This document shows positions 50,434 through 59,464 of a stretch of DNA of 64,000 nucleotides, piece by piece. This stretch comes from Roseibacillus sp. GTDB lineage: Bacteria; Verrucomicrobiota; Verrucomicrobiia; Verrucomicrobiales; Akkermansiaceae. Position 1 is the stretch's first letter, and every line of letters begins with the position of its first letter. Where the stretch lies: the NCBI GenBank assembly GCA_051251855.1, contig JBPOGI010000001.1, positions 352,001 to 416,000 of the forward strand, given 5' to 3'. A program made the position numbers and the translations under genes. The notes beneath the pieces are model-generated. The model saw nothing but the letters and a program-made list of their open reading frames with translations. It searched no databases and was not told the DNA's origin.

Positions 50434-50472
50434 CCAGTCAGGTGCTCGGATCCTGCGCAGTCTGTCGGCACA

Positions 50473-50833
50473 ATGCCCATCGAAATTAGAGAATTGAACG
50501 GTAACGAAGCTCTCGAACTGATCCTCTCAGGCTCAATCGGCAAGGAGGACTACGGGGAGACCATTCCCATTGTTGAGGGAGCCATTGCCCAACATGGAAA
50601 GGTTTCGCTCCTAATGAATCTGTGCCAGATGGAACACTGGGAGCCGAATACGATCTGGGAGGAGCTAAAGTTTGATGTGAAGAATTTTCGTCACTTCGCC
50701 AAGATTGCGGTGGTTGGAAATGAAAGATGGGAAGAGTGGCTGACCAAGGCCTCGGGGTATTACTCCTGCCGAGGTTCGATTCTTTGGTTGCTCAGCGAGC
50801 GAGGCTGCTGAGCGATGGTTTTTAGATGAGTAA
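50473..50833 (+). pseudogene. STAS/SEC14 (SpoIIAA-like) gene frameshifted near 50761
   Basis: IWEELKFD..KIAVVG..W; expected end TPAEVRFF...AAERWFLDE* lies in another frame. Confidence 0.75.
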
Positions 50834-51031
50834 GTTGCTTTGACTCCGAAGAGTTAACTGGAATAAGCGGGATCAGACTCCGGACAATGGCCTGTCGCTA
50901 GGCTCACTAGTGGCGAGTTGGCTATTCGCAACTGGGCTGATGCCAGTGGGGCGGAGACCCTTTTTCGCTACCCGGTACCCGCTGGCAGAAGAGGGGGCTC
51001 ATTGAGAAGGAGGGAGATGCTCGCGATGATG

Positions 51032-53197
51032 TCACTCCGGAAGAATGGCCAAGTGGTCGTATGGGGCTTCTGTTGCAGGAACTGGTTTGACCACGATGCG
51101 GGCATCCAACGCCATGACGCCTCCCGGATGAGCGACTAGGGGGTTGATGTCCAGTTCGACGATCTCGGGCAGCTCACAGACGAGTTGAGATAATCTTAGT
51201 AGGGCGTGCACGAGTTGTGCTTCATCGACGGGTGGCATGTTCCGGAACGGTCCCAGCAAGCGCGCTACCTTTGTGCGTGAAATCATGTGATGAATCAGGA
51301 CTTCATTCAGTGGCGGAAGGGCGACGGCCCGGTCTTTGAAAACCTCGACTGTGACTCCCCCTGAACCGAAGCTAATGGCAGGACCAAAAACTTCATCACT
51401 GATGACTCCTGCAATCAATTCTCTCGCATGGCTGGGCCGGAACATGGGTTCGATTGTCACTCCGCAGATATTCGCTTCAGGTGCGACCTTTCTGATTCGC
51501 TTGAGCATTGTTTGATAGGCTTCTTCGACCTGATTCGCATCTGTGAGATTGAGTTCGATCCCTCCGACATCTGATTTGTGGGTGAGTTCTGGGGAGCTGA
51601 TTTTGAGCGCGACGGGATAGCCCACCTCTTCGGCAGCATCGATCGCCTCTTGCACGCTTGTCGCTTCGCGTGTGGGAATGATGGGGATCTGAAATGCTTC
51701 GAGAATACGTTTTGACTCGATTGCGGTGAGTTGCTCACGTCCGCTATCGAGAGCTTCCCTGATGACTCGACGTGCCGTTTGAACCTCGGCAGGTCGATGG
51801 TCCCGCAGTGGGCTTGGGAGCTCTAACATCATCTTTTGATTGCGACGGTATTGCGCGAGATGAGAGAAGGCAGCCATGGCGCTTTCCGGAGTGGAGAAGG
51901 AGGGGATGTCGGCCTCGGTGAAAAGATGCCGGGCTCCTTCCACTTGCTTGCCGCCCATCCAACAGGCGAGCACCGGTTTCTGAGATTCTGTGTGCGCGGT
52001 CATTGTGGCCTGCGCCACCGCAATTGGGTCAGTCATGGCCTGTGGGGTGAGCATGGCCAGCACCGCATCAATATTCTTATCGGCGAGGCATACGCGGAGG
52101 GCTCCACGATACCTATCTACTCCTGCATCTCCGAGAATGTCCGCAGGGTTTGCATGCGACCATTGGGGAGGTAGGCAGGCGTTGAGTTTCTCGAGAGTGC
52201 TTGCTTCGAACTCGGGCAACCTTACGCCCAGTTCGCTGGCGCAATCGGCAGCGATCACTCCAGGTCCTCCCGCATTACTCACAATCGCGAGACCGTTACC
52301 TCTCACTTGGCAATTGCTAGAGAGAATCCGGGCAGCTGAAAAGAGTTCTTCAAAGGTTCTGACGCGCACGACACCTGTCCGCTCCAATGCGGCATCAAAA
52401 ACATCATCCGCTCCAACGAAGGCGCCCGTGTGCGAAACAGCGGCTTTGGCTCCAGCTTGGTGACGTCCTGCCTTCATCACAATAACGGGTTTCAACTGTG
52501 CGGCTGCTCGCAGTCCTCTTAAGAAGGATCGCGCATGATGGACGCCTTCGATATAGAGAAGGATACTGTTCGTTTTCTCATCGCGAGCGAGAAAATCGAG
52601 CATTTCACCTAAATCAATATCAGCAGTGGCTCCGAGTGACACCACTGCCGAAAACCCGATTTCTTGGGACTCCGCCCAATCTAGGATTGCGGTGCAGAGG
52701 GCTCCGCTTTGGGAGATTAAAGCAAGGTTTCCAGACAGGGCACCGTTTTTGCTAAAGGTGGCATTGAGACCAGCCGAGGGGCGCATCACTCCGAGGCAGT
52801 TTGGACCGACGAAGCGAATGTTCGCCCGTTGAGCAGCGGAGAGGACTTTATCTTGCAGGAGTCGGCCCTCAGTGCCTATTTCGGCAAATCCAGCCGAGAG
52901 AACAATCGCCGCTGGTATTTTGGCTTTACCGCATTGCTCAATAATTTTGGGAACAGAGTTCGCAGGAGTAGCGATGACCGCCAAGTCGATTGAGTCCTCT
53001 AGGGAGGCAAGATCAGGATAGCATTTGTGTTGAAGAACGGTCTTCCGCTTCGGATTGATCGGAATGACCTTTCCTTTGAATCCAAAGGAAAGGAGGTTCT
53101 CAAAGACACGCCCTCCGACTGATTCGGATCGCGTGCTCGCTCCAAAAACGGCAATGGTCTTGGGCGCAAAAAGAGGACTGAGGGAGTGTCCTTTCAT
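51032..53197 (-). CDS. ADP-forming acetate/acyl-CoA ligase family (CoA-binding + ligase + ATP-grasp), no GNAT domain
   Basis: PKTIAVFGAS, GPNCLG, SQSGA, SHTGA, HKSDVGG, ELDINPL, ALDARI. Confidence 0.9.
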   Translation of the reverse strand: MKGHSLSPLFAPKTIAVFGASTRSESVGGRVFENLLSFGFKGKVIPINPKRKTVLQHKCYPDLASLEDSIDLAVIATPANSVPKIIEQCGKAKIPAAIVLSAGFAEIGTEGRLLQDKVLSAAQRANIRFVGPNCLGVMRPSAGLNATFSKNGALSGNLALISQSGALCTAILDWAESQEIGFSAVVSLGATADIDLGEMLDFLARDEKTNSILLYIEGVHHARSFLRGLRAAAQLKPVIVMKAGRHQAGAKAAVSHTGAFVGADDVFDAALERTGVVRVRTFEELFSAARILSSNCQVRGNGLAIVSNAGGPGVIAADCASELGVRLPEFEASTLEKLNACLPPQWSHANPADILGDAGVDRYRGALRVCLADKNIDAVLAMLTPQAMTDPIAVAQATMTAHTESQKPVLACWMGGKQVEGARHLFTEADIPSFSTPESAMAAFSHLAQYRRNQKMMLELPSPLRDHRPAEVQTARRVIREALDSGREQLTAIESKRILEAFQIPIIPTREATSVQEAIDAAEEVGYPVALKISSPELTHKSDVGGIELNLTDANQVEEAYQTMLKRIRKVAPEANICGVTIEPMFRPSHARELIAGVISDEVFGPAISFGSGGVTVEVFKDRAVALPPLNEVLIHHMISRTKVARLLGPFRNMPPVDEAQLVHALLRLSQLVCELPEIVELDINPLVAHPGGVMALDARIVVKPVPATEAPYDHLAILPE

Positions 53198-53217
53198 CTG
53201 GTAAAAGGGGATGTGGT

Positions 53218-53901
53218 TTAGTCAGGCACGTTCCCGTCCGTCTCTTTTCGTTCCCGACGTTCTTCGTCCGTTAGATCATACCCTAGCATGCCGGCGGCGA
53301 GGGCCTCCCAGACAAAGGCCGAGGCTTTCTGAATCTTCCGCCCAATCACCGGGAGCTCTTCCTTGGACGCCTCGCCAAGCTCTCTGAGTTCCCCAGAGAA
53401 TTTTTTTGCAATTTTTTGGATGTTCTCTTTTTCCCGGTCCAGAGCTTCTTCGGTATGGGTTTTGCTCAATTTCAGGTGAATGTGGAGGGTCTCCATTTTG
53501 TCCTCGAGTTTCCGGACCTTGGCCACAAAGTCTTTGTAGCGGAGAATGCCCTCATGATCTTCTGCCGATTCGATCAGCTGTATGGTGGAGTCCATGGCGG
53601 CGAGGGACTTCAGAATACCTTCTTTTTGTTCCCGAAAGGCGTCCTCGGTTTCCATGCGTGCCAGGGTGAGTTGTAGCTCAAGGTCATCGAGTTGCTGTTT
53701 AAGTTCGTGCCATTCGATTCCGAGGGTTTCGTTGAGTCCATCCGCCTGTTCGGGGAATCCTGCGGAGGCCTTCTTCAGGTCCTGACAGTGTTCCTCGAAT
53801 TGGTGGATAGCTTGGTCGGTATCGAGGGCCATTTCACTTTCGATCTTCTCTAGCTTGGCCGCGAGTTGTTCGATTGTTTTGGTAGTCTGATTTGTCGTCA
53901 T
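53218..53901 (-). CDS. Helical coiled-coil protein, copy B
   Basis: 227 aa paralog of 46513..47196. Confidence 0.85.
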   Translation of the reverse strand: MTTNQTTKTIEQLAAKLEKIESEMALDTDQAIHQFEEHCQDLKKASAGFPEQADGLNETLGIEWHELKQQLDDLELQLTLARMETEDAFREQKEGILKSLAAMDSTIQLIESAEDHEGILRYKDFVAKVRKLEDKMETLHIHLKLSKTHTEEALDREKENIQKIAKKFSGELRELGEASKEELPVIGRKIQKASAFVWEALAAGMLGYDLTDEERRERKETDGNVPD

Positions 53902-53920
53902 TTTATTTTTCTGTAAGTGA

Positions 53921-54658
53921 TTAGAAGAGAAGCTTGAGAGCCGCCATAAGTAATATCCCAGCGAGGAAGCTCAGAAAATGGATGGTGTTTTTGTGTGTGT
54001 CGGAATGTTTGTTAATCTCAGGAACGAGATCGGAAGCTCCAATATAGAGGAAGTTTCCCGCTGCCAGTGGCACGAGAAAGGCGATGTCTAAATTGAAGGA
54101 GGCGAAGTAAGCAACGAGGCCTCCAACCAAGAAGGTGAGGGCTGAGAGGGCATTAAAGAGTAGTGCCTTTCGCTTGTCCCATCCTCCATGAATCAATACC
54201 CCAAAGTCACCGAGTTCCTGGGGGACCTCATGTGCCGCTGCTGCCAGCCAGCTCATGATTCCTAGACGGATGTCGATCAGGAAAGTGCCGCCAATCGCAA
54301 GCCCACCGATGAAATTATGGAGGCCGTCTCCGATTAAAATCAGATAGGTGAGTGGCTCCTTGCACTCAGTCTCGGCCCGGTGACAGTGATGCCAATGAAG
54401 GAACTGCTCCAGAGCAAAGAAGGTTGTGAAGCCCGCGAGAATCCAAAGATAGAATCCGACCTTGTCCCCGTATTCGGCTAAACCTGCCGGAATCATGTGC
54501 AGAAAGGCACCGCCAATGAGGGAACCCGCAGCAAAGGCGACTAGCGGCAATAGGATTTTGTCGAGAGCCTCTTTTTTTAGAAAGAGAGTCACACTCCCAA
54601 CCAAAGCAATAGCACTCATGAGGAGGCCACTGCTGAGAATCCAAAAGAAGGCACTCAC
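53921..54658 (-). CDS. ZIP-family metal transporter
   Basis: HWHHCH loop, GDGLHNFIGG, HEVPQELGDFG. Confidence 0.93.
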   Translation of the reverse strand: MSAFFWILSSGLLMSAIALVGSVTLFLKKEALDKILLPLVAFAAGSLIGGAFLHMIPAGLAEYGDKVGFYLWILAGFTTFFALEQFLHWHHCHRAETECKEPLTYLILIGDGLHNFIGGLAIGGTFLIDIRLGIMSWLAAAAHEVPQELGDFGVLIHGGWDKRKALLFNALSALTFLVGGLVAYFASFNLDIAFLVPLAAGNFLYIGASDLVPEINKHSDTHKNTIHFLSFLAGILLMAALKLLF

Positions 54659-54667
54659 AACACGGGA

Positions 54668-55234
54668 TTAAGCCTCACTAGAGGAATGATTTTTGAGGAA
54701 GCGATGGCTGAGGAAAGTAGCGATGATGAGGAGGGCGATCCATACAGGGGCTGGCACTGGGGTAGCTTCATCGAGGCGGATTTTTCCCAGGACGCCCACG
54801 GACAGGATATGCTCATTGACCCATCCGTAGGAGAGCGCGTAGAGAATTCCTCCTACGAGCATGCCCACCATTCCGATCAAGGCGTGGACACTTCCAATCG
54901 CTGCTGCAGCGATTCCGGTGCCGGGGCAATATCCATAGATCACCATGCCAGCTCCAAAGAGGAGCCCTCCCAGGGAGACTCCGAGGACGAGGGTGTCCTT
55001 GATATGGTATCCCGCAATCCAGTCCATGCGGGCAAAGAGATAAACGCCGATGCTCCCCACGGTGATGGCGGTGAGCATGACCTTGGGGACGGTCATGTCC
55101 CTGAAGCGGAAGAAGTTGACGATGACGTTGTAGTCAGTGACACGGCCTTTATTGAGAAGGAACCCAAAGAGAGTGCCGAAGACTGCGGCGAGAATGAGTC
55201 CTGCGGTGGATGAGGTTTCGATGGGTAGGTTCAT
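54668..55234 (-). CDS. YeeE/YedE sulfur-compound transporter half
   Basis: FGFLL, GGLLFGAGM..GYCPGT. Confidence 0.88.
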   Translation of the reverse strand: MNLPIETSSTAGLILAAVFGTLFGFLLNKGRVTDYNVIVNFFRFRDMTVPKVMLTAITVGSIGVYLFARMDWIAGYHIKDTLVLGVSLGGLLFGAGMVIYGYCPGTGIAAAAIGSVHALIGMVGMLVGGILYALSYGWVNEHILSVGVLGKIRLDEATPVPAPVWIALLIIATFLSHRFLKNHSSSEA

Positions 55235-55247
55235 AAGAATGTTTGGA

Positions 55248-55802
55248 CTATTTTTTAAAGAGGAGGCGAGCTGTGATGACGCCACCGACAAACATTGCAG
55301 CGAAGAAGAGCCATCCCGAAACGGCGAGTTGGAGAGTGCCACTGATGGCGTGACCGCTGGTGCAGCCTCCGGCCATACGTGCACCGTAGAGAACGAGCGC
55401 TCCGCCACCAAAGGCTGCGAGGAAACGCTTCCATGGCTGTCCTCCGAAGTGTTCTTGCCAGACCGTGGGGACAAGTTCCGCGCGGAAGGTCTTTGATATC
55501 ATGGAACTCAGAAATGCGCCGACGGCGGTGAAGATAAGAAAGATGGTGGAGTAGCCAAACTTGGGAACTGTTTTGACCCAGTAGGTATTGGTTGCAACGA
55601 ATTCGTCGCCGCCGAGGGCCTTAAGCGTCCAGCCGGAGAGCTTAGAGACTTCAGTGGACATACCGAGTGGCTTGTCCACGAAGAGGAAGACGAACCAACT
55701 CAAGATTCCGATACCTGCACCCACAAGGTAGGGGTTCCAGGTCGCTTGTGCGAGGAAGCATGAAAATTCACCTTTCGGAGAACGAGATGAGATAGTCTTC
55801 AC
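55248..55802 (-). CDS. YeeE/YedE sulfur-compound transporter half
   Basis: WNPYLVG, GARMAGGCTSGH. Confidence 0.9.
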   Translation of the reverse strand: MKTISSRSPKGEFSCFLAQATWNPYLVGAGIGILSWFVFLFVDKPLGMSTEVSKLSGWTLKALGGDEFVATNTYWVKTVPKFGYSTIFLIFTAVGAFLSSMISKTFRAELVPTVWQEHFGGQPWKRFLAAFGGGALVLYGARMAGGCTSGHAISGTLQLAVSGWLFFAAMFVGGVITARLLFKK

Positions 55803-55839
55803 AACTCGCAGGCTAGGGAGCCTGCTCGAGTAGGACTGT

Positions 55840-55871
55840 GCAGGGATTGCTCTAGACCTCGCGGAGATTGA
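55840..55871 (-). promoter_or_regulatory. 21-bp-period direct-repeat site (perfect)
   Basis: TCAA-TCTC-CGC-N10-GCAA-TCCC-TGC; TAGCCT 24 nt downstream. Confidence 0.85.
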
Positions 55872-56032
55872 GACGCTCTTAGGACTTCATCGATCTCATT
55901 ACCGGAAGTATTTAAATTCAGAGGAGGTTTTTCGCAAGGAGCTGCAACCTCCATTGAAGATCGGTCAACTGTGTTTGAAAGAATTGGATTCTTCCGCAGT
56001 TGAGCCGATGTGGTCTCATTTTTCCGCAATCC

Positions 56033-56611
56033 TCACTTTCGGGCGAGAGTATAGGTGTCGCCCTTTTCCTTGTTGTTCGATGTCTCTATCGTAAGTCCGG
56101 GATCGAGAGCGCGAACAGTGTTCTGTAAAAGCTCATGAAGAGTGTGCTTTGCCAGTTCGACTTCATCGATTCCAGTGCGATCGGCCGCTTCGCGGATAGG
56201 ATGTCTGCTGAACTGGTAGAGTGTGTTCTGTGCGGAATCTTCCACCGTGAAGGTCGTATTGAGGGAGTTGAGAAGGCAGCGTACAGCCAAGCGGGCGCGA
56301 TCCTCTGGGGTGCGCTCGGAGGTCTGCTTCGTGATGTGCCGTGCGATCGCGGTGCCCAAGGCATGACTGAAGCCATCAACGATATGCTCGCTTTCCTCAG
56401 CTTCCCCTGTGTCGCTCGACAAGGCTTCTTCTAGCAGGATTTCGCTTAAATCAATGGCATCATTTTCTTCATCGATCGTTCCCCAGAGATGAAATCCTTC
56501 GCTGTCATTCCCACCGAGATAGACCGTCCGTTGATACATGGGAATGTCTCGTGGGGCTCCACTGCGGGCGATATAGCTGTAAACGGGAGTGACTGTGGAT
56601 TCAGAGTTCAT
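56033..56611 (-). CDS. Hypothetical protein
   Basis: 192-aa ORF 9 bp downstream of gpmA on the same strand. Confidence 0.7.
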   Translation of the reverse strand: MNSESTVTPVYSYIARSGAPRDIPMYQRTVYLGGNDSEGFHLWGTIDEENDAIDLSEILLEEALSSDTGEAEESEHIVDGFSHALGTAIARHITKQTSERTPEDRARLAVRCLLNSLNTTFTVEDSAQNTLYQFSRHPIREAADRTGIDEVELAKHTLHELLQNTVRALDPGLTIETSNNKEKGDTYTLARK

Positions 56612-56620
56612 AATGACTGG

Positions 56621-57349
56621 TTAGTTTGGTAGTTTGTGAGGGGTTGTAAGATGTTCTTGATGGCTCAGGTACTTTCTTGAAGAAGCTGAGAGATCTGGGT
56701 TCAGTTTATAGACTAGAGGAATACCGGTGGGGACTTCTAAGTCTTCAACGTCCGTATCCGATAGTCCGTCGAAATATTTGATGAGGGCGCGAAAGGTATT
56801 GCCGTGCGCTACAATGAGGATGCGCTCTCCACTTTGGACTTGGGGTGCGATGCTCTCCAGCCAATAGGCTACAGTGCGTTTGAGAACATCTTGCAGGCTT
56901 TCAGTAAACGGAATTTCGGTTCTTGAGAGGCTTGAGTAGCGAGGGTCCTTAATGGGGTTTCTCGCATCATCTTCGGTGATGGCTGGAGGGCGGGGGTGAT
57001 AGCCACGCCTCCAGAGTTGGACCTGTTCGTCACCGTGCTTGCGCGCGGTCTCCGCTTTGTTGAGGCCCTGTAACTTTCCGTAGTGGCGTTCGTTGAGGTG
57101 CCAGTCTTTGACCACCGGCAGCCAGGCTTGGTCCAGTTCATCCATCACGCCCCACGCGGTATGCACGGCGCGTTTCAACAGGGAGGTGTAGACTCGGTCA
57201 AAGGTGGAGTCCTCTTTTCGTAGAAGTTGGCCCGCGCGCTGGGCTTCCTTCCGGCCTTGTTCGCACAGGTCTACATCAGTCCAGCCTGTGAACCTGTTCT
57301 CCAGATTCCACTGACTGAACCCGTGCCTGAGTAGCGTGAGTTGATGCAT
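56621..57349 (-). CDS. gpmA: 2,3-BPG-dependent phosphoglycerate mutase
   Basis: LLRHG, NRFTGW, LNERHYG, WRR, VAHGN. Confidence 0.96.
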   Translation of the reverse strand: MHQLTLLRHGFSQWNLENRFTGWTDVDLCEQGRKEAQRAGQLLRKEDSTFDRVYTSLLKRAVHTAWGVMDELDQAWLPVVKDWHLNERHYGKLQGLNKAETARKHGDEQVQLWRRGYHPRPPAITEDDARNPIKDPRYSSLSRTEIPFTESLQDVLKRTVAYWLESIAPQVQSGERILIVAHGNTFRALIKYFDGLSDTDVEDLEVPTGIPLVYKLNPDLSASSRKYLSHQEHLTTPHKLPN

Positions 57350-57364
57350 TGAACGCCCTTTTTC

Positions 57365-58135
57365 TTAGCGCGCGGTGTATCCGCCATCAATGACAAGTTC
57401 ACTTCCGGTGACAAATTTGGATTCATCGGATGCGAGATAGATGGCTCCATAGGCGATGTCCTCAGGCTGGCCGACATGCCCTATGGGGTGGAGACTATCC
57501 AAGGTTTCACGAAACTTATCAGGACCTTCCGGGGAGCGGTTCCCGAGCTCTTCCACTAGCGGAGTCCAGATGAATCCAGGATGAATTGAATTTACTCGGA
57601 TGCCTTTCGAAGCGTAGAAGAGCGCGTCTGTCTTTGTCATCAGGCGCACGGCTCCCTTGGAGGCGTGATAGGCTGGTAAGTCCGGTGCACTAACGAGTCC
57701 GTAGATTGAAGAGAGATTGATGATGCTGCCTCCGCTTGTTTTTAGAAGATAGGGGATGGCATGCTTGGTGCACAGAAAGACTCCTTTGACATTGACGTTG
57801 ATGACCTTGTCCCATTCTTCTTCCGTCACTTCGTGAGTTGGCTTGCTCACCCCGGCAATGCCCGCGTTGTTTACCAGAATGTCGATGCGGCCGTGCTTGT
57901 CGAATGTTGCTTTCATGACGGATTCGACGTTGCTGGAATCTGTCACATCAAGGCTGAGAAAGTCAGCGCTGCCGCCAGCGTCGCGGATTTCCTGAGCGGC
58001 GGCCTCACCTTCTCTTTCAAGTAGGTCCGCGATGACAACGAGTGCTCCTTCTGCAGCAAATTGTTTAGCGATGGATTCTCCGATGCCGAGTGCGGCGCCT
58101 GTGACGATAGCTATTTTGTCCTTAAGTCGATTCAT
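57365..58135 (-). CDS. SDR-family oxidoreductase
   Basis: TGAALGIG, NNAG, YHASK, DGG. Confidence 0.95.
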   Translation of the reverse strand: MNRLKDKIAIVTGAALGIGESIAKQFAAEGALVVIADLLEREGEAAAQEIRDAGGSADFLSLDVTDSSNVESVMKATFDKHGRIDILVNNAGIAGVSKPTHEVTEEEWDKVINVNVKGVFLCTKHAIPYLLKTSGGSIINLSSIYGLVSAPDLPAYHASKGAVRLMTKTDALFYASKGIRVNSIHPGFIWTPLVEELGNRSPEGPDKFRETLDSLHPIGHVGQPEDIAYGAIYLASDESKFVTGSELVIDGGYTAR

Positions 58136-58186
58136 TGTTCTCTTAGATTTCTTCGGAGCTTACTCCGATATTTTCAGCACTACTGA

Positions 58187-58218
58187 CTCCTGACTGCCCT
58201 TGGATCCGCTAATATTGC
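58187..58218 (-). promoter_or_regulatory. Weak 21-bp-period direct-repeat site
   Basis: GCAA-TATT-AGC-N10-GCAG-TCAG-GAG; TAAGCT 24 nt downstream. Confidence 0.45.
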
Positions 58219-58333
58219 GAGAATAGTCTTTGGTTCAGCCACACTTCCGGAAAAAGAGCGCTAGCATACCGCTAATGTTCATTAGAAGTTGAGCTAGATT
58301 GCGTTCTGAAGCGTTTGAATACTGGCTCACAAG

Positions 58334-59458
58334 TTAGTGGCTTGAGGCGAGTGATTTGCGGAAGAGTTGCAGGCTGAGAAGAAAGAAGATGCAGCCTTGG
58401 CCGACTACGACCGCGAATTGAGGCCAGACAATTTGGAAATCAGCTCCTCGGAAAATAATGGCTTGAGAGCTTGATATGAAGTGCCGGGAGGGGAGGAGCC
58501 AAGTGAGTTTACGAAGCCATTCAGGTTGGCTTTCAATGGGGGTGACCCCACCGGAAAGAAGTTGCACGACTAGGATTGTGACGATGAATAGGAGTGCGAA
58601 CTGTGCCATGGAGCGTGCGATGGTGCCGAGGAGAATTCCCAAGGCGGTGGCAAAGAAAAGGTAAAGGACCGTGCCCGTCAGGAAGAGTGGGATGGACCCT
58701 GCGATGGGCACTTGCAGTAGTCTTATCACTACGAAATACAGTGACAGTGCAACACCCAGGAGAAGCACGAGACTATTTGCCCACACCTTGGACATGGCGA
58801 TGTCAAAGGAGGTAAGAGGCATGACCAGCAGGTGTTCTAAGGTGCCGTGTTCGCGCTCGCGAATGAGAGCCGCTCCGGTCAGAATGACAGTGAGCATGGT
58901 GATTTGGTCAATGAGAGCGACGATGCTGGCAAACCAGGCCGTTGTGCGGTTCGGGTTAAAGGCGGTGTGGGTAATGATGTTCACTGGGTAGCTATTCGAT
59001 TCCTCCGAACCGGTGGCGTAGCGGTTGATCTCCTTGGCTAGAATATTTTGCACATAACTGGCTCCCACTCCGGCTTGGATGACGGCGGTGGCATCAATAT
59101 TCAGCTGAATCGTGGGCTGTCGTCCGTCCCGCACATCGGCCTCAAAATTGGGTGGGACATTGACAATGAAAATATAGTGACCTTCATCCATTGCTTCGTC
59201 CATTTCTGAGGAATCAATGAGTTCAGGTTCAAAGAAGCTCGGCGGATAGAAGGCCTTGACCATCTTGCGAGAAAGCGCGGAATGATCCTCATCGACAAAG
59301 GCTATGGAAGCGTTGTGGACTTCGGTAGAAGTGCCCTTGGCCATGGTGTAAACACTGAAGGTGAGAGCCCAGATGAGCAGAGCGATGACGAGCTTGTCCT
59401 GAGAAAGACTACGCAGTTCCTTGATGCCGAGCCAGAAGATGTTCTTGAAGCGTATCAT
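58334..59458 (-). CDS. yhhJ: ABC-2 permease
   Basis: LGIKELRSL, REREHGTLEHLLVMP; follows rbbA. Confidence 0.88.
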   Translation of the reverse strand: MIRFKNIFWLGIKELRSLSQDKLVIALLIWALTFSVYTMAKGTSTEVHNASIAFVDEDHSALSRKMVKAFYPPSFFEPELIDSSEMDEAMDEGHYIFIVNVPPNFEADVRDGRQPTIQLNIDATAVIQAGVGASYVQNILAKEINRYATGSEESNSYPVNIITHTAFNPNRTTAWFASIVALIDQITMLTVILTGAALIREREHGTLEHLLVMPLTSFDIAMSKVWANSLVLLLGVALSLYFVVIRLLQVPIAGSIPLFLTGTVLYLFFATALGILLGTIARSMAQFALLFIVTILVVQLLSGGVTPIESQPEWLRKLTWLLPSRHFISSSQAIIFRGADFQIVWPQFAVVVGQGCIFFLLSLQLFRKSLASSH

Positions 59459-59464
59459 GGTTTG

